Assembly: GCA_049969675.1 (NCBI GenBank)
Contig: JBMFOP010000001.1
Coordinates: 1 to 64,000 of the forward strand
Direction of reading: 5' to 3'
Origin: Myxococcota bacterium
Lineage (GTDB): Bacteria > Myxococcota > SpSt-1050
Length of the DNA stretch: 64,000 bases
Part shown: positions 59,680-64,000 of the stretch, piece after piece
Layout of the letters: every line of letters begins with the position of its first letter
Numbering within the stretch: position 1 is the first letter of the stretch
The notes under the pieces: generated by a model
The model's database searches: none
The model's input: only the letters and a program-made list of their open reading frames with translations
What the model was told of the DNA's origin: nothing
Translations under genes and position numbers: made by a program

Positions 59680-60149
59680 ACTGATACTCCTCTGAATGCA
59701 CCTGAAATGGCAATTGCCAATGCATCCGCTGCATCCTCGTACGGTATTTCCGGGAGATTCAGTATTATTCTAACCATCTCCTGAACCTGATTCTTGGAGG
59801 CATTCCCGTTGCCACAGACAGACTTCTTTACCTCCCTTGGAGATAGCTCAACGACTCTCAGATTGAATCTGACAAATGCCAGTATAGCCGCCGTCCTTGC
59901 AGATGTAAGCATTATGGTAGAGTGGATATTCTTTGCATAAAATGCGGTCTCCATACAGACTACATCAGGTGAGAATCTCTTAATCAGATCTTCGGATCTG
60001 TCGTAGATATTTGATAGTTTTTCAAAGTAATTATTCTTATTTTCACTAAAAATTAGACCATTATCAATATGTATAACTTTACTCCCCTCTTTTGAGATTA
60101 TTCCGTATCCACACTTATTTATTCCGGGGTCAAACCCGAGTATCTTCAT
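59676..60149 (-). CDS. ruvC: Crossover junction endodeoxyribonuclease
   Basis: ILGFDPG, VKKSVCGNGNASKNQV, DAADALAIA. Confidence 0.95.
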   Translation of the reverse strand: MKILGFDPGINKCGYGIISKEGSKVIHIDNGLIFSENKNNYFEKLSNIYDRSEDLIKRFSPDVVCMETAFYAKNIHSTIMLTSARTAAILAFVRFNLRVVELSPREVKKSVCGNGNASKNQVQEMVRIILNLPEIPYEDAADALAIAISGAFRGVSV

Positions 60150-60905
60150 CTATCTCTGTTCCTGCATTGAATTCAGCAGGTTTTCATCTATGTCAATATT
60201 TGAACTTACATTCTGGACATCGTCGTGTTCTTCCAGATTCTCAATTAATCTCAATACGGATTCTGCATCCTTATTGTCCGGTTTGACATAGTTTTGGGGG
60301 ATAAAACCTATCCTTGCGGAGATTGGAGTAATTCCCTTTGCCTTAATGGCTCCAAGAACCTTAGAATAATCCTGAACACTGGTATATACTGTATAGGTTC
60401 CATCTTCATTTATTACATCATCTGCACCTGCATTAAGAGCAAGTTCCATCAACTCATCTTCAGATATCTTATCTCCTTCAATTATTATCTCACCCTTCTT
60501 GCTGAACATCCAGCTGACACACCCCGACTCACCGAGATTACCATTGAACTTACTGAATATCTTTCTGAGCTCTGCTGTGGTTCTGTTTTTATTATCTGTG
60601 GCAGCCTCAACTATTATTGCGACGCCGGCCGCTCCATAACCTTCATATATACACTCTTCGTAATTAACACCTTCAAGTTCGCCGGTGCCTTTTTTGATTG
60701 CCCTTTCTATATTGTCTGATGGCATATTGGCATCTCTTGCCGCATCTATGGCTGTCCGGAGCCTCGGATTATTATCTGGGTTGCCACCACCCATTCGTGC
60801 TGCAATGGTTATCTCTTTTATGAGTTTGGTAAAGAGCCTTCCTCGTTTTGCATCTGCCGCGCTCTTCTTATGTTTAATGGTCGCCCATTTGCTGTGTCCG
60901 GACAT
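60150..60905 (-). CDS. yebC: YebC/PmpR family protein
   Basis: [37 protein letters not shown]. Confidence 0.96.
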   Translation of the reverse strand: MSGHSKWATIKHKKSAADAKRGRLFTKLIKEITIAARMGGGNPDNNPRLRTAIDAARDANMPSDNIERAIKKGTGELEGVNYEECIYEGYGAAGVAIIVEAATDNKNRTTAELRKIFSKFNGNLGESGCVSWMFSKKGEIIIEGDKISEDELMELALNAGADDVINEDGTYTVYTSVQDYSKVLGAIKAKGITPISARIGFIPQNYVKPDNKDAESVLRLIENLEEHDDVQNVSSNIDIDENLLNSMQEQR

Positions 60906-60916
60906 TTAATACCTCC

Positions 60917-61204
60917 TTATTTTTTATCTGTTTGAATATTTTCAGGTGGTAAAACAGAGACATAGTTTCTTTCTTTCTTTCTTATCGATCTTATCGAATA
61001 CTTTACTTTCCCATCAATCAGTGCGAAGAGTGTATAATCTCTACCCATACCTACATTATGTCCGGGGTGGATCTTTGTGCCACACTGTTTCACCAATATG
61101 TTCCCAGCCTTTACAAACTGACCATCATAAATCTTTACACCTCTATACTTTGGGTTGCTGTCTCTGCCGTTTCTACCTGCACCCTGAGCCTTCTTTCTAC
61201 CCAT
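60917..61204 (-). CDS. rpmA: 50S ribosomal protein bL27
   Basis: [25 protein letters not shown]; follows rplU. Confidence 0.95.
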   Translation of the reverse strand: MGRKKAQGAGRNGRDSNPKYRGVKIYDGQFVKAGNILVKQCGTKIHPGHNVGMGRDYTLFALIDGKVKYSIRSIRKKERNYVSVLPPENIQTDKK

Positions 61205-61214
61205 TGTAATCCTC

Positions 61215-61529
61215 CTATCTGGATTCTATTGAGATTATCTTGATTTCGGTAAATGGTTGTCTGTGGCCTTTGAGTTTCTTAAAGCCTTTTCTCCTTTTTC
61301 GCTTAAAGACCAGAACCTTATCGGATTTGTCCTGTCTGATGATCTCGGCAACAACCTTTGTATCAGGGATTATTGGTCTTCCAATCTTTGGAGATTCTGT
61401 TCCTCCGATAAAAAGAACCTCTCTGAGTTCTATCCTTTCCCCAACATTACCGTTTAATTTTTCAACCCTGATTTTATTGCCTTCTTCAACTCTGTACTGC
61501 TTGCCACCTGTCTGAATTACTGCATACAT
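61215..61529 (-). CDS. rplU: 50S ribosomal protein bL21
   Basis: [12 protein letters not shown]...GHRQPFT; GGAGG RBS. Confidence 0.97.
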   Translation of the reverse strand: MYAVIQTGGKQYRVEEGNKIRVEKLNGNVGERIELREVLFIGGTESPKIGRPIIPDTKVVAEIIRQDKSDKVLVFKRKRRKGFKKLKGHRQPFTEIKIISIESR

Positions 61530-61688
61530 ATCAATCCTCCATAAATAAGGAGTTTGCATATACACAATATTGTTGCTATTGTCAAGCCTATCTTTTTTCA
61601 AAACATTTATAGTTCTTAAGTCTGTAATTCTTGCAAAATATCTGGTTTTGTAATATTATTGATGCCTCTTTGTGTGAAAGGAGGATTA

Positions 61689-62204
61689 ATGGGCAAGAGT
61701 CCATCAGAGATAAGGCAGGAACAGAGAAAGCCAGTAAAAGTATTTATTAATTTCAGGACAATAGACCAGTTTTATTCTGAAATAGGGACGAATCTATCTC
61801 TCGGAGGTGTATTTGTCAGGTCATCCAATCCGCTTCCGGTAGGGACCGAGATTAAGATTAGTTTTAATATCCCGCAGTTTGGCTGTTATCTGGAATCTCA
61901 GGGAGTGGTGGTGCACAATGGGACTCTGGAGAATCCAGGTATGGGTATAAAGTTTAAGGGGTTATCAGATAGGGCAAAAAAGCTATTGCAGGATGTGCTG
62001 GATCACGAATTGTTGCCGCCAGGGGAAGAGCCGTCAGATGGAGAAAAGGGTGAGAGAAAAAAGACTAAAGTTACAGTGACTGTTGAGTCTCAGAATAAAG
62101 GAATAAAAAAGGCTAAGAGTTCAAGGACTGTTAGTAAGAGAGTTTCAAAAAAGGAAATATCAAAAGATTCAAAAAAAACTAAATGTGCAAAACGAAAGAG
62201 GTAG
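61689..62204 (+). CDS. PilZ-domain protein (TIGR02266-like) with a Lys-rich tail
   Basis: RQEQR (RxxxR), NLSLGGVF (NxSxxG), PGMGIKF. Confidence 0.85.
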   Translation: MGKSPSEIRQEQRKPVKVFINFRTIDQFYSEIGTNLSLGGVFVRSSNPLPVGTEIKISFNIPQFGCYLESQGVVVHNGTLENPGMGIKFKGLSDRAKKLLQDVLDHELLPPGEEPSDGEKGERKKTKVTVTVESQNKGIKKAKSSRTVSKRVSKKEISKDSKKTKCAKRKR

Positions 62205-62226
62205 AGTATAGTATCATAGGGTTTTA

Positions 62227-63045
62227 ATGATAGTAAGAGAGCCTAAATATAGTGGTAAATTTTATCCAGAAAAGCCCAGAGTCCTCATCTCTATGTTGCA
62301 GGATCTGTACAATAGGGTTGAATTTTCCCGGAAGAAGATAAGGTCTAATGGAATCCTGTTGCCACACGCCGCATATCACTACTCCGGGCATGTGGCTATG
62401 TCTGTCTTGAAGTGCATAGAAATTCCAGAGAATATAATAATCTTTTGTCCAAATCACAATGGACTCGGGGAGGATGTAAATATTGTCTCTGAGGGACGCT
62501 TTATAACACCTATTGGAGATGTTGCTATAAATTCGGATATTGCAAGGGGTATTATGAAAGATATCCCCGAAGTAAAGGAAGATATAAAGTCTCATCTGAT
62601 AGAACATTCAATTGAGGTGCAACTCCCGTTATTAAAATACCTTAGAAACGATGTAAGAATTGTTCCCATACTTATTAAGAAACTTAAAGCAAATATTCTT
62701 ACAAAATTGATATCTGATTTTGCAAATTTCTTTAAGGGTTCTGGTGCTTCTGACATTCTATTTCTCTCAAGCAGTGACCTCTCTCATTATGAGAGATATG
62801 ATGAGGCAATAAGGAAGGATAAGCTGCTCTTAAAATATGTTGAGAAGATGGATATCTATGGGCTCAAAAAGGTAATTGAAGAAGAACATATCTCTATGTG
62901 TGGATATGAGGGCACAGCAATCAATATGGAGTTGTGTCGTCAGTCTGGTGCTACTCAGGGGATAATTAAGAGGTATGATACAAGTAGTTCAAGCGATGGG
63001 AATTATGAGAGTGTTGTGGGGTATGCAGGGGCCTGTTTTGTATAG
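62227..63045 (+). CDS. MEMO1 family protein (AmmeMemoRadiSam protein B)
   Basis: SGKFYP, PHAAYHYSG, PNH, EHSIEVQLP, SSDLSHY, SMCG, VVGYA. Confidence 0.92.
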   Translation: MIVREPKYSGKFYPEKPRVLISMLQDLYNRVEFSRKKIRSNGILLPHAAYHYSGHVAMSVLKCIEIPENIIIFCPNHNGLGEDVNIVSEGRFITPIGDVAINSDIARGIMKDIPEVKEDIKSHLIEHSIEVQLPLLKYLRNDVRIVPILIKKLKANILTKLISDFANFFKGSGASDILFLSSSDLSHYERYDEAIRKDKLLLKYVEKMDIYGLKKVIEEEHISMCGYEGTAINMELCRQSGATQGIIKRYDTSSSSDGNYESVVGYAGACFV

Positions 63046-63047
63046 TT

Positions 63048-64000
63048 ATGGATAATGCAAAAGTAAAGGCTTTATATAAAGGTGATATATCCAGAATTAA
63101 TATCTGTGAGCTTTTGATAAGGCTTGGGGTCTTAAAAGAGAATGGATATGTGGAGATAATTATTGAAGAGTTGAGGATAAAAATTTATCTATATATGGGG
63201 GATATTGTTAATATTGAATCTGATGATATCAATTTCTCACTTGCGGGATTCTTAAGGAAGAGGAATAGAATCAGTGAAGAGCAGTATGCAGATGTAAAGA
63301 AGATGGTGCAGGCTGGAGATAATAGTACTGCAGAGGTACTCCTGACCCTCGGGTTAATCAAACCATTTGAGGTTATTCAGTTCATAAACGAATTTCTTAT
63401 ATGTGCTCTCGGCAGGATAGCGACTTTTTCAAAGGGGATTTATGTTTATTACAGGATTGAACAGGATGTCTATCCTTTCCCGGTAAATCTGAGATTCAAC
63501 ACAGTAGATGCTGTAAAGAATGTGATATTTAATCATCTCCCCGATGAATATTTTATAAGGCTCTTTGCAAGACATAATGAGATTGATGTCATATTGCGAA
63601 GTTCAGGGCTGACCATTGAGAATGCAAGGCTTGGTCCAAAGGAGTTGCGATATCTTAAAGCCATCTGTTCTTCAGGGAAATTTGTAGATTATCTCCCTGA
63701 AATTAATCCCACTAACTCAGAACATATCTATAAACTCAGGGCTGCATATTATTTTAAGTTGTGTGCATTTATTGAGATGAGGAGAGGGAAAGAGAGTTTT
63801 GAATCAGTATTCCATATTGAGAACCTGAAAGATAATCATTTTGGGGAATGTGGAGTGGTTCCCCCGTCAGAAAAGGCTTTAGAAAAAGAGGGATGTAAGA
63901 TTGATGATGAGGAGGAGAAGAAGATATCAGAGCTGACAGCCCTCTTTGAGGAGATGAAGAAGAAGAATTTCTTTGAAAGATTGAATGTCAGCGAAGATGC
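63048..64000 (+). CDS. DUF4388 (PATAN-like) domain protein continuing into a DnaJ domain; truncated by the window end
   Basis: Not in the ORF track. The frame from MDNAKVKALYKGDISRINICELL...SLAGFLRKRNRISEEQY matches the frame of the last codons, NFFERLNVSED (J-domain start). Confidence 0.7.
   Translation, partial: MDNAKVKALYKGDISRINICELLIRLGVLKENGYVEIIIEELRIKIYLYMGDIVNIESDDINFSLAGFLRKRNRISEEQYADVKKMVQAGDNSTAEVLLTLGLIKPFEVIQFINEFLICALGRIATFSKGIYVYYRIEQDVYPFPVNLRFNTVDAVKNVIFNHLPDEYFIRLFARHNEIDVILRSSGLTIENARLGPKELRYLKAICSSGKFVDYLPEINPTNSEHIYKLRAAYYFKLCAFIEMRRGKESFESVFHIENLKDNHFGECGVVPPSEKALEKEGCKIDDEEEKKISELTALFEEMKKKNFFERLNVSED

Noticed and set aside
1..64000. CRISPR array, rRNA, prophage or integron
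   Set aside because: No regularly spaced repeats, cas, phage or integrase genes, or rRNA-like stretches were seen by eye

Overview
An AT-rich bacterial chromosomal window. The gene set suggests Myxococcota/'Deltaproteobacteria' (inference): a delta-type gspC-N cluster, a TIGR02266-like PilZ protein, a DUF4388-DnaJ protein, a PP2C-cNMP fusion and a giant metzincin lipoprotein. Housekeeping genes: rpoH-like sigma factor, tRNA-Gly(GCC), ffh, tRNA-CAT (probably Ile2), rnhA, lpxB, lpxC, trxB, rho, ruvX-mltG and rplU-rpmA-yebC-ruvCAB. Other content: a complete type II secretion operon, a partial lysine-fermentation cluster (kamA-kamD-kamE-kce), a TonB receptor-YfiR-hybrid kinase triad, and several gene or IS remnants. 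The most striking unexplained element is a tightly coupled minus-strand three-gene operon (52809->50553) behind a sigma54-like promoter. Its first product ends in a helix that lines up with type III secretion needle subunits (PrgI/MxiH-like), and the other two look like translocator or pore-forming proteins, yet no T3SS apparatus is present in the window. Four sigma54-like promoters share TCTGG-N8-(TTGA/ATGC); two of them also have IHF-consensus sites and TGACA..TGTCA upstream boxes. All family assignments come from motif recognition by eye; no database searches were run.
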